Assembly: GCA_046075485.1 (NCBI GenBank)
Contig: JBJTQF010000040.1
Span: forward strand, 7,144 to 71,143
DNA length: 64,000 nt
Source of the DNA: Myxococcota bacterium
GTDB lineage: Bacteria; Myxococcota_A; UBA796; JAJRTE01; JBJTQF01
Reading direction: 5' to 3'
Positions 46,972-56,880 of this stretch are shown here, one piece after another; the first letter of the stretch is position 1, and every line of letters starts with the position of its first letter. The notes under the pieces were generated by a model. That model did no database searches. It was not told the origin of the DNA and worked only from the letters and a program-made list of their open reading frames with translations. A program made the position numbers and the translations under genes.

Positions 46972-48813
46972 TCAGAACATGACCTCAATCGCCGAGCGGT
47001 CGCCGCTCAGGATCTGCTGCGCTTTCCACTCATTCTGAGACAAGATCTGGTGGATAAAGAACTTCGCCGTCTGAACCTTGCTGGCATAAAAACGGGCGCT
47101 GGTGTTGTTCTCCAGCCATGCGGCGAGGGCGGCATTTTCGCTGGGAGCGCCGAGCTCGGCGAGTTTGGCGGAGGCAATGACGGCCTGCTGGAGCAGGAAG
47201 TATCCGACCACGACATTCCCCAACACGGTCAGGTACGGTGAGGCACCGAGGGCGGCGACTTTCACATCATCCTGAGCGCGAGCACCGAGGAAGGCGGTGA
47301 CTTCGGCCACTTGTTTACCCGCTTTGGCGAGCATTCCGACTTCTTTGGCGAGCTGAGCATGGTTGAGCTGGGAGCCGATCCAGCCGCTCATTTCCTTGCT
47401 GAAGCTCTTGAGCAGTGCGCCTCCACCGCTGAGCACCTTTCGGAAGAGCAGGTCGATGGCCTGGATGCCGTTGGTGCCTTCATAGATGGGGGCGATCCGG
47501 GCATCGCGGAAATACTGCTCGGCGGGATAATCGGCGGTATAGCCGCTGCCGCCGTACACTTGGAGGGCAACCGAGCAGGCTTCCACGCCAGAATCAGAGC
47601 CCCACGCCTTACAGATGGGGGTAAGCAGTGCCAAACGACCGGCGGCTTCGTTGCGTGCGCCTTCATCCTCTGCGCTCTCTGAGATGTCGAGCGCCAGGGA
47701 GGTGGCCAGCATGAGGGCGCGGCCTCCTTCGGCGAGGGCCTTCACGGTCATGAGCATGCGGCGCACGTCGGGATGGTTGACGATGGTGACCTTCTTATCG
47801 GAGACGCGCTTTCCTTCCGAGATATCCGAGCCCTGGATGCGCTCTTCGGCGAACTTGAGGGCACTAAAGTACATGGCGGAGGCCAGAGCTTGTCCCTGGA
47901 GACCGACCACAATACGTTCCTCATTCATCATGTGGAACATGCACTTGATGCCTTCGTTCTCGCCGCCGACGAGCCAGCCGATGCAGTTATCCTGGTCTCC
48001 GAAGTTCATGACGCAGGTGGGGGAGCTGTGGATGCCGAGCTTCTCTTCGACTTTGGAGGCGCGCACATCGTTATCGACGCTGAAGTTGCCCTCGGCATCA
48101 GGCCGGAAGCGGGGCACCAAAAACAGCGAGAGGCCCTTCACGCCGCTGGGGGCATTGGGCAACCTGGCCAGCACCAGGTGGATGTGGTTCTCGGCGAGCT
48201 GGTGTTCTCCGCAGGTGATGTAGATCTTGGTGCCTTTGATGGAGAAGCTGCCGTCGCCGACGGGGATGGCGCGGGTGAGGCTGGCGCCGACGTCACTCCC
48301 GGCTCCGGCTTCGGTGAGACACATGGTGCCTTGCCACTCGCCGGAGATGAGGCGGGGCACGTAGGTATCGATCAGCTCTTGGCTGGCGTGGTGGACCAGC
48401 AGGTTGGAGGCGGCGCGGCACAGGCCCAGATAGGTGTGCAGGGCCGGGTTGGAGCCAATGACGAGCTCATCGATGGCGGTGCCGATGGTCTTGGGGAGTG
48501 CTTGGCCGCCCAGCTCGGTGGGGGCGACCAGGCCGATCCAGCCTGCTTCTTTGATGGCGTTCCAGACTTCGCGGTAGTGTTCGGGCACCTTAACGTGGCC
48601 GTCTTCGATCTTGCAGCCGGTGAGGTCTCCAGAGCGATTGGAGGGGGCGACGACGTCGGACGCAAAATCGACACCTGCTTGCAGGATCATGCGCACATCT
48701 TCTTCGCCGACGTGTGCGAAGGCACCCTGGCCCAGAATGGCTTGAAAGGGCAGGTGCTCAAACAGAACGAACTCAAGGTCTCGAAGATTGGCAGTATAGG
48801 TGCTGGTATGCAT
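46972..48813 (-). CDS. Acyl-CoA dehydrogenase (long, FadE/AidB-like with an N-terminal extension)
   Basis: ACAD motifs present: GTMCLTEAGAGSD..., YGGSGYTADYPAEQYFRDARIAPIYEGTN. About 613 aa. Confidence 0.8.
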   Translation of the reverse strand: MHTSTYTANLRDLEFVLFEHLPFQAILGQGAFAHVGEEDVRMILQAGVDFASDVVAPSNRSGDLTGCKIEDGHVKVPEHYREVWNAIKEAGWIGLVAPTELGGQALPKTIGTAIDELVIGSNPALHTYLGLCRAASNLLVHHASQELIDTYVPRLISGEWQGTMCLTEAGAGSDVGASLTRAIPVGDGSFSIKGTKIYITCGEHQLAENHIHLVLARLPNAPSGVKGLSLFLVPRFRPDAEGNFSVDNDVRASKVEEKLGIHSSPTCVMNFGDQDNCIGWLVGGENEGIKCMFHMMNEERIVVGLQGQALASAMYFSALKFAEERIQGSDISEGKRVSDKKVTIVNHPDVRRMLMTVKALAEGGRALMLATSLALDISESAEDEGARNEAAGRLALLTPICKAWGSDSGVEACSVALQVYGGSGYTADYPAEQYFRDARIAPIYEGTNGIQAIDLLFRKVLSGGGALLKSFSKEMSGWIGSQLNHAQLAKEVGMLAKAGKQVAEVTAFLGARAQDDVKVAALGASPYLTVLGNVVVGYFLLQQAVIASAKLAELGAPSENAALAAWLENNTSARFYASKVQTAKFFIHQILSQNEWKAQQILSGDRSAIEVMF

Positions 48814-48995
48814 GTGCGACTCTCTTCCCAAAGGGTTGATGGATGCTGACGTGTCTTAATGGTATCACCGCCGACTCTCTGCAACGAGCACGCGGGCGGC
48901 TTCTCATGCGTGCATCGTGATAGCATCGATTTTGGCTCGAGGATAGCCCTTCGCACACCTCAAGGGACTGTGATGTCGGAAATCGGGGGGAGGAT

Positions 48996-49616
48996 TCAGC
49001 TTTCCGAGGGGGAGGGCACGAGAAAACCGGTGGGACCGCCAAGCTGGTCGAGGGCTTCTAATACTTCGGTGAGGGGGAGGCCGACCACGTTGGTATAGGA
49101 GCCTTCAATCCGACGAACCAAAAACGCGCCGATGCCCTGGATGCCATAACCTCCGGCTTTGTCGAAGGGCTCACCGGTGAGCACATAACCGTGGAGCTCG
49201 CGTAGGCTGAGGCGTTTGAAGGTGACGTGTGTGATCACCCGCTGCTCGATGCGGTGCTCGTGGGTGTGTGCGGGGGGGCCGGTGCGCAGGAGCACGAAGG
49301 CGGTGATCACCTGATGGGTGCGGTCGCTGAGGCGCTCGAGCATCTGTCGGGCGTCTTCGGGGGTGCTGGGTTTGCCGAGGGCGAGTCCTTCGAGGACCAC
49401 TTCGGTGTCCGCGGCGAGCACGATCCGTCCGGGGGGGAGGCGGGCGGCGACGGCTTCGGCTTTGAGGCGTGCGTTGTAGAGGCTGACGAGCTCGGCGGAG
49501 ACCTCTTGGTGGCCGGTTTCTTCGACATCGGCGGTGCAGACTTCCAGCGGGATGCCCAGGCGAGAGAGCATTTCTCGCCGTCGAGGGGAGGCGGAAGCGA
49601 GGACGAGGGGTAACAT
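48996..49616 (-). CDS. maf: Maf-like nucleoside-triphosphate pyrophosphatase
   Basis: MLPLVLASASPRRREMLSRLGIPLEV...ADTEVVLEG...GKPST fits the Maf/YhdE family. Confidence 0.8.
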   Translation of the reverse strand: MLPLVLASASPRRREMLSRLGIPLEVCTADVEETGHQEVSAELVSLYNARLKAEAVAARLPPGRIVLAADTEVVLEGLALGKPSTPEDARQMLERLSDRTHQVITAFVLLRTGPPAHTHEHRIEQRVITHVTFKRLSLRELHGYVLTGEPFDKAGGYGIQGIGAFLVRRIEGSYTNVVGLPLTEVLEALDQLGGPTGFLVPSPSES

Positions 49617-49691
49617 GTTTCCTCCGAGGGGTGAAGCGCGGCTGCGAGGGGCTGGGCAGGCCGGACAAACGATGGTGACGGCGTGGGATGG
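49562..49691. repeat. Left copy of a 130-bp imperfect direct repeat (about 95% identity to 54041..54170); covers the maf 5' end and its upstream region
   Basis: Aligned by eye with 6 mismatches. It contains the maf start (ATGTTACCCCTCGTC on the minus strand). Confidence 0.75.
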
Positions 49692-49792
49692 TTTAGCATA
49701 GGAAAGCGGGCTCGGCTAGGAAAGAGGGCACGGCTAGACTCTGTTTCTCTAGGGAAGAGAGGGGGGCGGGCATGGACTTAATGTTTCAGCAC

Positions 49793-49869
49793 GGACATAA
49801 GTCAAAGTTGACTTATGTGGACATCTCGTATATTCATTGGACATAAGTCAAAGTTGACTTATGTGGACA
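49793..49869. promoter_or_regulatory. Two copies of a 31-bp site ggacataagtcaa-ag-ttgacttatgtggaca (each a palindrome with 11-bp arms), 46 bp apart and overlapping -35/-10-like hexamers
   Basis: Direct reading. TTGACT ... TATATT and TTGACT ... TCATAT hexamer pairs overlap the sites. A third weaker inverted repeat (tagtca-N6-tgacta) follows. Confidence 0.55.
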
Positions 49870-49922
49870 ATTTAGTCATATTACTGACTATTATGTAGAG
49901 CGTATGCTCGACCGGGAGGGAT

Positions 49923-51080
49923 ATGCAGGTCAATCCAGGTGGAATACTTGCCTTAGAGGATGTTCTAGGACGTGATGAGGTGATTGCGCAGCTTTGAAGA
50001 ATCCTCGAGCGACAGTCGGTCCTCTTGACCGCCGAGCGGCGTATGGGTAAGACCAGCGTCATCCGCAAGATGTGCAGTGAGAGCAAGCGTGGATTTCTGA
50101 AGTATCGAGATCTGGAAGGCATTCACACCCCACTGGAGTTTGCGGAGCTGGTCTTGAGTGATGCGCGTGAGGCTTTCACACAAGGGCAAAAGGTGAGCAC
50201 ATTCTTCAAGTCGCTCATCAAGGATCTGGGCGGGGTTGAGGTCGGCGGTCTGATAAAATTTCCAGATGGCAAGCCTCCCTCTTGGAAACAGGTTCTACAA
50301 GAGACACTTCAGGCAATGGTAAGGGCGCAGGAATCAAAGCTCGTAATCTTTTTCTGGGATGAGCTTCCACTGATGCTGCACAACATCGTAAAGCGTGAGG
50401 GTGAAGAGATCGGGATGAGCCTGCTGGATCTGTTGCGGGGCCTTCGTCAAGAGCTTCCGACACTTCGGATGGTCTATACCGGCTCGATTGGACTGCATAA
50501 TGTGCTGAGGTCGCTCAAGCGACAGGGATACGCCAATGCGCCTGTCAACGATATGTACATGTTTCCGTTGCCACACTTCAGCCAGGAACATGCACAAGAG
50601 CTCGCCAGTAAGCTGCTCCAGGCAGAGAAACTCCCGCATCACCTAGAACTTCAACACGCATTGGCGTTGGCTGCCGATCATATCCCCTATTACATTCATC
50701 ATTTGGTAGACCAGCTTCGTCTGCAACGAGATCCCATCACCCCGGAGCTGGTTCAAAAGAGGGTCACGGCCCTGATTCGGTCGCCACAGGATCCCTGGCA
50801 GCTCAAACACTATGTGGAGCGAATTGGCACCTACTACACAGAGACGGAGCAGCAACAGATCTTTGTAATCCTCGACCGCCTCTGTGTGACTTCCAAGGGG
50901 ATGACAACCTCGCAGCTCCGAAAACACCTCGACAAGTCCAGGTGGCCCTCGTCTCCAGCGGGCCTGGCGGAGCTCCTGCAACAACTGGAGCTGGATCACT
51001 ACCTGCGGCCCGTTGATGAGGCTTATGAGCTCAACAACACCATTCTAAAGCAGGGCTGGAGATACCACCGAGGTCTTTAA
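49923..51080 (+). CDS. AAA+ ATPase with C-terminal wHTH (archaeal-ATPase/DUF234-like), interrupted by an in-frame TGA at 49995-49997; possibly a pseudogene or recoded
   Basis: GGGAGGGAT precedes ATG 49923. Translation across the TGA gives LALEDVLGRDEVIAQL-stop-RILERQSVLLTAERRMGKTSVIRKM, matching the F.GRe.EL..L......l.ltG.RR.GKTsL motif. Walker B is KLVIFFWDE. The ORF track only reports 50025..51080 (TTG start). Confidence 0.55.
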
Positions 51081-51108
51081 CCGTCCCCCCCTCTTCTGGA
51101 GCAAGCAG

Positions 51109-54042
51109 ATGCAGATGTTGTCGCCTGAGCTGTCTTACTTTACGCCGAGCATGATGAAACCCGCGCTCTTGGAAGCTGTTTTTGTTAAACGCGCCCCGAT
51201 GCTTGAGCACCTGCTGACGCAAGTACACCAAGGGCTGATGGGTGGGAGTCTCCCCCAGGTCTTGTTGATGGGGCCACGCGGGATGGGCAAGACCCATCTG
51301 ATCAGCTTGCTCTACCATCGAGCAGCCGCCCTCCCCGACGTGCAGGAGCGCGCCTGTATCGCATGGCTCAAAGAAGAAGAATGGAGTGTGGATTCGTGGC
51401 TGGAGCTGCTTCGGGTCATCTTACAAGCCCTGTTGCAGCGAGACCCCCTTGCCAAAGCCTCCGGTGTGTCGCTCAAGGACCAGCTTGCCACCCTCCATCA
51501 TGCGGGAAGTATCGAGGAGGCAACCCGACGTGTTGAGCAGCTTCTGCTGAGCTATTTAGCCGGTCGGCGGATGTTGCTGTTGATGGAAAATCTTGATCAG
51601 ATCTTTGAAGGTCTCCAAGAGGAAGGTCAGCGACGTTGGCGTGCTTTCCTTCAGACCCATGCCAATACCTGCATTGTGGCGACCAGCCAAAGTCTCTTTG
51701 CAGGCATTACCGCACATTCGCAACCTTTCTACGGCTTCTTTCGGCAGGAGCACCTCGAGTCCTTTACCCTCGACGATGCGTGCCAGATGTTGGCAGGGGT
51801 CGCACGGGCGCGCCAGGATGAGCCACTGGCCTGCATTATTGAGCAACCCGAGGGTCGTGCTCGGGTGCGGGCCGTCGGTCATTTTGCCGGGGGGAATCCC
51901 CGTGTATATATGATCCTCTCTCAGTTTTTGACCCGTGAAAACCTAGATGAGCTGGTTCAGCCCTTCATGCGCATGCTCAACGAGCTGACGCCCTATTACC
52001 AGAGCCGGATGCAGACCCTCAGTCCTCAGCAGCGGAAGCTGGTGGAGTACTTGTGCCTAGAGCGAAAGCCGATCTCGGTCAAGGAGATGTCACAAAAGAC
52101 CTTTATCAAGCCGCAGACGGTCAGCTCCCAGCTCCGTCGATTGGAAGAGCTGGGATATGTGGTGGGACGAGAAGCAGGTCGTGAGACCCTCTACGAGCTA
52201 CGGGAACCGCTGATGCGTCTGACCATCGAGGTCAAACTCAACCGGGGCGAGGGAATTCCCATCTTTTTGGACTTCCTGCGGCTTTGGTATCCCCAACAGG
52301 AGCTGAAGCGCCAGCTCGACCGGCTGCCAGCCTTTGGCCTAAGCTGCACAGAGGAACGACGCCACCTTCGGATGGCCCTAGAGCTCACGGAGCAGGCTGG
52401 GGATGATCCTCGGGTCGCTGCATGCCTCCAAGATCTGAAGCAGTATGTACAGCAAGAAAACTGGGCTGATACGCTCAAGGTCACAGAGGAGCTGGTCGCG
52501 TTGAGAGGCAAAGGAGAGGACTATCTGGCTCGTGCCCAAGCCAAGTATGAACTGGATGATGTTTCTGGAGCCACGATGGACCTGGAGGAAGCCCTGAATC
52601 GCGAGCTGTCCCCGCAAGCGAAATGGGAGGCAAAAATGGAGCTGGCGTTCTGCTACTGGCTGGAGGGTGAAAACACCAAGGCCCTCGAACAGCTCCAACG
52701 TATGTCCAAAAAGGTACAGAAAAACGATAACTGGCAGCTCTTGATGATGCGTCTTCAGCTTGAGGAGGGCAACATCTCCACGGGGATGGCGCTGTTCCAG
52801 CAGCTCTTGGAAAAAACAGAGCGAGACTCCTCACGGCTGGAGAACCTCTTGTCTTGGGGCGATCCACGACAATTTGTCAGCTCTCTGACCAAGCTCAACT
52901 CCTTGTGGCTGATCTCCTGTATCAAAGAGGGTCTCTCCTACCTCGAGCTGTATTTGCAGGGGCTCCAGCTCAAGGCACAGCGCGAAGAAACGTTTGAGAA
53001 CGATGAGCTTGAACTCTTTTTTCTATTGTCCATTGTCCTGAGCACTCAGCCAGATGTCTTAGCAGAGCGATGGCGTTTCTGTGACGCCTCCATTCAGCGA
53101 CAAACAGAACATAGCAACGCATTGAGTTATCGGCTCATCACACAGTTTTACCTGGAGAAGTCTGAGAGGCTACCTCTAGGGCTGCTGCTTCACCATCAAG
53201 ACTTGTTCTGGCTGGAAATACTGAGGGGAGTGGTCGAAATCTGGAAACGGGCGCTCCAAGACCCTCGCCTTAATCTCTGGCTGCTCTTGGTGGAGTCTTA
53301 CACCAGTCTCGTAAGTAACATCACAAACATCATGAAGGAAGAAGCGGAACGAGCTCAAGACCCAACGCAGACTCCCACAGAAGAAGGGGCATCTCCAGCC
53401 GCGAGCCCATTTTTTTCGCCCTCCAGCCATGAGAAGCTGCATGAGGTTTTACAACAGGCTCAAGTCTTGACGGGACTTCCCTTTTCAGAGCTGATCTACA
53501 ATATCGCTCAGATGCTCTTATCAGAGGAGCTCTTTAAAGGTCGCCCTCAGCTTCTGGTGGCGTTACTCGTCTTGCGTTATGTGAACCTGGAGGACACCCA
53601 TCGACGCGATCTTCAGGCGCAGCTCATCGAAAAAAGCCAGACGCCAGAGCTACGAAGTATTCTCTCTATCGGGATCGTATTCTTCCATGAGCCTCGGCTG
53701 GCAAATACCTCTGAAGAGCAAACGCCGGAGCTCACGTCTCCCGCTGCTTCGGCATCACTTGGTGAAGTAGATAAAACCTCCCACACAGAGTCCCTCGAAG
53801 CAGCTCTCTCAGACCTGTTCCACCAGATGAAGGGCCATGTTACCCCGGAAGACTGGCGGAGCTTTTGGACTCCAGCCTTCGACAGCCTTCCCGAGCTGGC
53901 CACCTTCTTTCGTATTCTGGAGGTCGCCGAAGCCTACCGGCAAAAGCCTGAACGACGCATCTTACTCACCCTCCCCCTAGAGGAACGCATGATCGTGGCG
54001 GAGTACCTTAAACTTACGCATGAACAAGCAGCCATCGATTGA
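51109..54042 (+). CDS. STAND-like P-loop NTPase with wHTH and a long C-terminal TPR/helical-repeat region; paralogous to the upstream ATPase
   Basis: GGAG lies 7 nt upstream of ATG. FVKRAPMLEHLLTQV...VLLMGPRGMGKTHLISLL is the Walker A region and RMLLLMENLDQIF is Walker B. The wHTH is QQRKLVEYLCLERKPISVKEMSQKTFIKPQTVSSQLRRLEELGYV. About 550 aa of TPR-like repeats follow. Confidence 0.65.
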   Translation: MQMLSPELSYFTPSMMKPALLEAVFVKRAPMLEHLLTQVHQGLMGGSLPQVLLMGPRGMGKTHLISLLYHRAAALPDVQERACIAWLKEEEWSVDSWLELLRVILQALLQRDPLAKASGVSLKDQLATLHHAGSIEEATRRVEQLLLSYLAGRRMLLLMENLDQIFEGLQEEGQRRWRAFLQTHANTCIVATSQSLFAGITAHSQPFYGFFRQEHLESFTLDDACQMLAGVARARQDEPLACIIEQPEGRARVRAVGHFAGGNPRVYMILSQFLTRENLDELVQPFMRMLNELTPYYQSRMQTLSPQQRKLVEYLCLERKPISVKEMSQKTFIKPQTVSSQLRRLEELGYVVGREAGRETLYELREPLMRLTIEVKLNRGEGIPIFLDFLRLWYPQQELKRQLDRLPAFGLSCTEERRHLRMALELTEQAGDDPRVAACLQDLKQYVQQENWADTLKVTEELVALRGKGEDYLARAQAKYELDDVSGATMDLEEALNRELSPQAKWEAKMELAFCYWLEGENTKALEQLQRMSKKVQKNDNWQLLMMRLQLEEGNISTGMALFQQLLEKTERDSSRLENLLSWGDPRQFVSSLTKLNSLWLISCIKEGLSYLELYLQGLQLKAQREETFENDELELFFLLSIVLSTQPDVLAERWRFCDASIQRQTEHSNALSYRLITQFYLEKSERLPLGLLLHHQDLFWLEILRGVVEIWKRALQDPRLNLWLLLVESYTSLVSNITNIMKEEAERAQDPTQTPTEEGASPAASPFFSPSSHEKLHEVLQQAQVLTGLPFSELIYNIAQMLLSEELFKGRPQLLVALLVLRYVNLEDTHRRDLQAQLIEKSQTPELRSILSIGIVFFHEPRLANTSEEQTPELTSPAASASLGEVDKTSHTESLEAALSDLFHQMKGHVTPEDWRSFWTPAFDSLPELATFFRILEVAEAYRQKPERRILLTLPLEERMIVAEYLKLTHEQAAID

Positions 54043-54170
54043 GAGAGCATCTGTCACCGTCGAGGGGATGCGGAAGCGAGGACGAGGGGTAACATGTTTC
54101 CTCCGAGGGGTGAAGAGCGGCTGCGAGGGGCTGTGCAGGCCGGACAAACGATGGTGACGGCGTGGGATGG
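54041..54170. repeat. Right copy of the 130-bp direct repeat; contains a degenerate maf 5' fragment
   Basis: See the left copy. It begins at the stop codon of the 51109..54042 gene. Confidence 0.75.
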
Positions 54171-54478
54171 CCATCAAGGTTTCGATCTCTTTGTCGATGG
54201 TAAGGTGCTGGTAGAAGTGAAGGTCTCAAAATCGTACAACGTTCAGGATGAGGCACAGCTTCTGACGGGAGAGAGTCCCGGTTTTGGACAAGGCTCAGGA
54301 GCTGTTGCCCCCGCTCACCCTCTGCTGAGCCGGATGTTTCGTGAGCCCAAGCCGTCTCTGCTCCGCACACCGCATCAGACTGGCCATCAGCATGCCGAGC
54401 GCCACAAAAACCGCATCACTGGCGTGAGAAAATGTACCGTATTGCCACAAGGTGGGATACAGGCAGGTGCCTCAAGCT

Positions 54479-55105
54479 CTAAAAGCTGCGGCCATAACCA
54501 AACGAACCATAGACGTAAGGAGTGGCGTAGGTGGAAGGAACATTTGAGAGCAAACCATTGAAGGATGAAAAAAAGTCAGCCCCACTCTCAAAATATAAGG
54601 TGGAAGGTCCGTTCTGCCAAGCCAATCCCAGCGGCACACGCATGTAGCCCGTCGCGGCAAACTGAGCCGCCGGTGCCGTATAGAGCCAAAGCGACGGCTT
54701 CAACGCCACCGCCGCCGGGAGACTCAGCCGCCCATAGGCATAACCCCCTTGAAGCTCCAAGCCCATTCGGAATTTGGACTGCTCCAGAAAAGTATACTGA
54801 AGACCAACACCCGCCCCTATAAGGCTGCTCAAACCCATAAACGTGGACACCTGAACATTCAACTTCGGTGTGATCGAGCGAATATACCAAAGCTGCGCAT
54901 TCGGAGAGACTGGCATATTGGCTTCAAAATAGTTGGGATACCCTCCGGTGACAAAGCCTCCCAGCATGTTTTTGTGACCCTCCATCATCGGAAGTGGAGG
55001 GTTCATCATGGCGGCTGGCGCACAGGCGGAGAACATAATAGAAGCCAACACGCTCGTGATGAGTTTACGGGGCAAAACCTGAACACTGCATGAAGCACTC
55101 GTCAT
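54479..55105 (-). CDS. Outer-membrane beta-barrel protein (OmpA/OmpW-like small barrel), hypothetical
   Basis: The signal peptide is MTSASCSVQVLPRKLITSVLASIMFSACAPAA. Alternating aromatic/Gly beta-strand patterns end in a C-terminal ..YGRSF (terminal Phe). Confidence 0.5.
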   Translation of the reverse strand: MTSASCSVQVLPRKLITSVLASIMFSACAPAAMMNPPLPMMEGHKNMLGGFVTGGYPNYFEANMPVSPNAQLWYIRSITPKLNVQVSTFMGLSSLIGAGVGLQYTFLEQSKFRMGLELQGGYAYGRLSLPAAVALKPSLWLYTAPAAQFAATGYMRVPLGLAWQNGPSTLYFESGADFFSSFNGLLSNVPSTYATPYVYGSFGYGRSF

Positions 55106-55649
55106 ATTCTCCTGGAAGCTGAAGGCTGGATGCGCAGCCGTTTCTCTGCGACAGACTGAGCATATCACATCATTCAGTAACTAAAAACTTGTTTTCAATG
55201 TATCATAACTATCCATGTTTTTCATACACGTACACGCAGGCAGCGCACCTGTTCGATACAAAAAGCCCACCCATCCTGGAGACTCTGTCCGCATGAATAG
55301 AGACGCTTTCCGCGTGAATGGCCTTCTTGCCGCTTACGTGTGGTTGCACATGCGCTCCTCTCCGCATCCGCAGCTCCCATGCGAGGCCGTCAGGCTCCTT
55401 TTTTGCTCGAATGTGGTTAAGGGCCTCTAAGGATCGCAGCAGGAGGTGCCGCTCATGGTCGTCGTCCAGCAGAGCATTTCTGAGCCTCGCCGAGCCGGAG
55501 TACCCCGATAAAAGACCCACTCCATCGAATGTGATGCCGTGCTCATGATCATTCTGCTCGACACACCCGATGTCCTTCAGAGAAGGTACTCAGCATGGCA
55601 ATGGTGCCGTGTGTATGTCAAATGCCCCTCGCGTATATAGGAGGTCAAT

Positions 55650-55721
55650 ATGATTCAGGTGACGGTCCTTGTTGAAGTCGAGATGCGGGGCGCAGGTTCT
55701 CAGGTCGTGGGCTCTTTCTGA
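55650..55721 (+). CDS. 23-aa small ORF MIQVTVLVEVEMRGAGSQVVGSF with a near-perfect SD, in a low-GC intergenic islet
   Basis: TATATAGGAGGTCAAT precedes the ATG. No homolog is assignable and it may be non-functional. Confidence 0.2.
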   Translation: MIQVTVLVEVEMRGAGSQVVGSF

Positions 55722-56087
55722 GCCACGGACTGCTGCTGAGCTTCAGCACAGCCATCCAGGTATCGTGACGCCGTCACGGTCCATGTTGAGCAGCGTATGA
55801 TCGTTGCTTGAGGCTGTCGTTGAAGTCCTTCCTGACGCTTCCTGCCCCCGATGTCTCGTAATTTCCCGTATTTATTTTCTTTTGTTCAAAGTTTGGGCGC
55901 TTAGAATGCCTTGACTTCCCCAAGTGCGCGTGTACACAAACGCTCGAGAAGTGTCAACTTCTGGCATGTGTGTCACGCCATACAACAGACTTCTGACAAA
56001 GCAAAAGATAACGTATACCTCCATACTCTCTGCTCTCATGGGGTGATGTGTCACGAGATTCCATCACTCGCGAAGCCCATAGACGTA

Positions 56088-56723
56088 TCAATCACCCATA
56101 AAAAGGGACGCCCCCTGAGCATCCCGTCCATTGCTCAACCGACACCGAAACATCTCGTCCATCTTGATGGCATAGTCGCGGGGGTCAAGGTAATGGACTT
56201 TCACAAGCACTTCGTTGTCTTCATACACGCGAATACTGGCATAATTTAAGACAAACCCGCGAATCGAGATAAGCTTCGTTTCGGAAGCGGCGACATATTC
56301 ACGCTTGTCCGCCCGTTTGCCAGTGATGCCGATGCCAAACTTCTCCCAAGTATCCAACTTCATGCCACCCACGGCATCCATTCCTTCTTTTGAGCTACCA
56401 TAACAGGTCATGGGCTTGGCAGTGCTGGTGAGCTTACATGCGGTGTCGGATGTCTGCTCATCGGGCTTGGTGACAGTTCCCTCGACGAGCTCCTTTAGAA
56501 ACAAGAGCTGACATTTTTGATAATCGATGACAGCGCGAACAGACTTTCCATTCGACAGTGCTTCCATCAGCTCGATGTAGGCGGAGATCCTCGTTTGGGG
56601 CGGGGAGCTGCTGATACCTGAGAGAGGCTTCTCAGCATTCTGGTCTGCTGCGACCGCTGGTGATGAAGTACAGAGAGAGAAGCTGCAGAACAATAACCCA
56701 AAGATGCACAGTTTAATGCTCAT
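56088..56723 (-). CDS. Secreted hypothetical protein in the low-GC islet
   Basis: GAGGA lies 5 nt upstream of ATG (MSIKLCIFGLLFCSFSLCTSSPAVAA signal peptide). Codon usage is AT-richer than in the neighbours (aaa, att, tta). Confidence 0.5.
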   Translation of the reverse strand: MSIKLCIFGLLFCSFSLCTSSPAVAADQNAEKPLSGISSSPPQTRISAYIELMEALSNGKSVRAVIDYQKCQLLFLKELVEGTVTKPDEQTSDTACKLTSTAKPMTCYGSSKEGMDAVGGMKLDTWEKFGIGITGKRADKREYVAASETKLISIRGFVLNYASIRVYEDNEVLVKVHYLDPRDYAIKMDEMFRCRLSNGRDAQGASLFMGD

Positions 56724-56880
56724 GATCGTCCTCATTTGAAGGGATAAGCAGGTCCGACTTCACCTGTCATCCGGGGTCTTTTAACAGGAGGCAGCATGGC
56801 CCACAGCGGAGTCCAATACGGCCAGCGTAATTTGTGTCGCACGTATCGACGGCTTCCAGTGATCGAGGTTCTTCCGAGGC

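Larger units (their letters stand above)
49692..54040. mobile_element. 4.35-kb inserted cassette bounded by the 130-bp direct repeats; carries operator palindromes plus two ATPase genes and no recognisable recombinase
   Basis: The flanking repeats duplicate the maf 5' end. The right copy keeps a decayed maf start (MLPLVLASASPRR-stop). Confidence 0.4.

Noticed and set aside
49995-49997. Selenocysteine or alternative genetic code to explain in-frame TGA (and TAA at 8839)
   Set aside because: TGA, TAA and TAG all terminate other well-supported genes in the window, so this is not a code reassignment. The TGA is at a non-catalytic position with no evident SECIS hairpin.
49692-54040. Integrase, transposase or IS element inside the cassette
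   Set aside because: Only the two ATPase genes and non-coding DNA are present. There are no DDE, tyrosine or serine recombinase motifs in any frame.
55209-55520. 103-aa ORF on the minus strand in the low-GC islet
   Set aside because: No SD, no motifs, odd composition. Probably non-coding.
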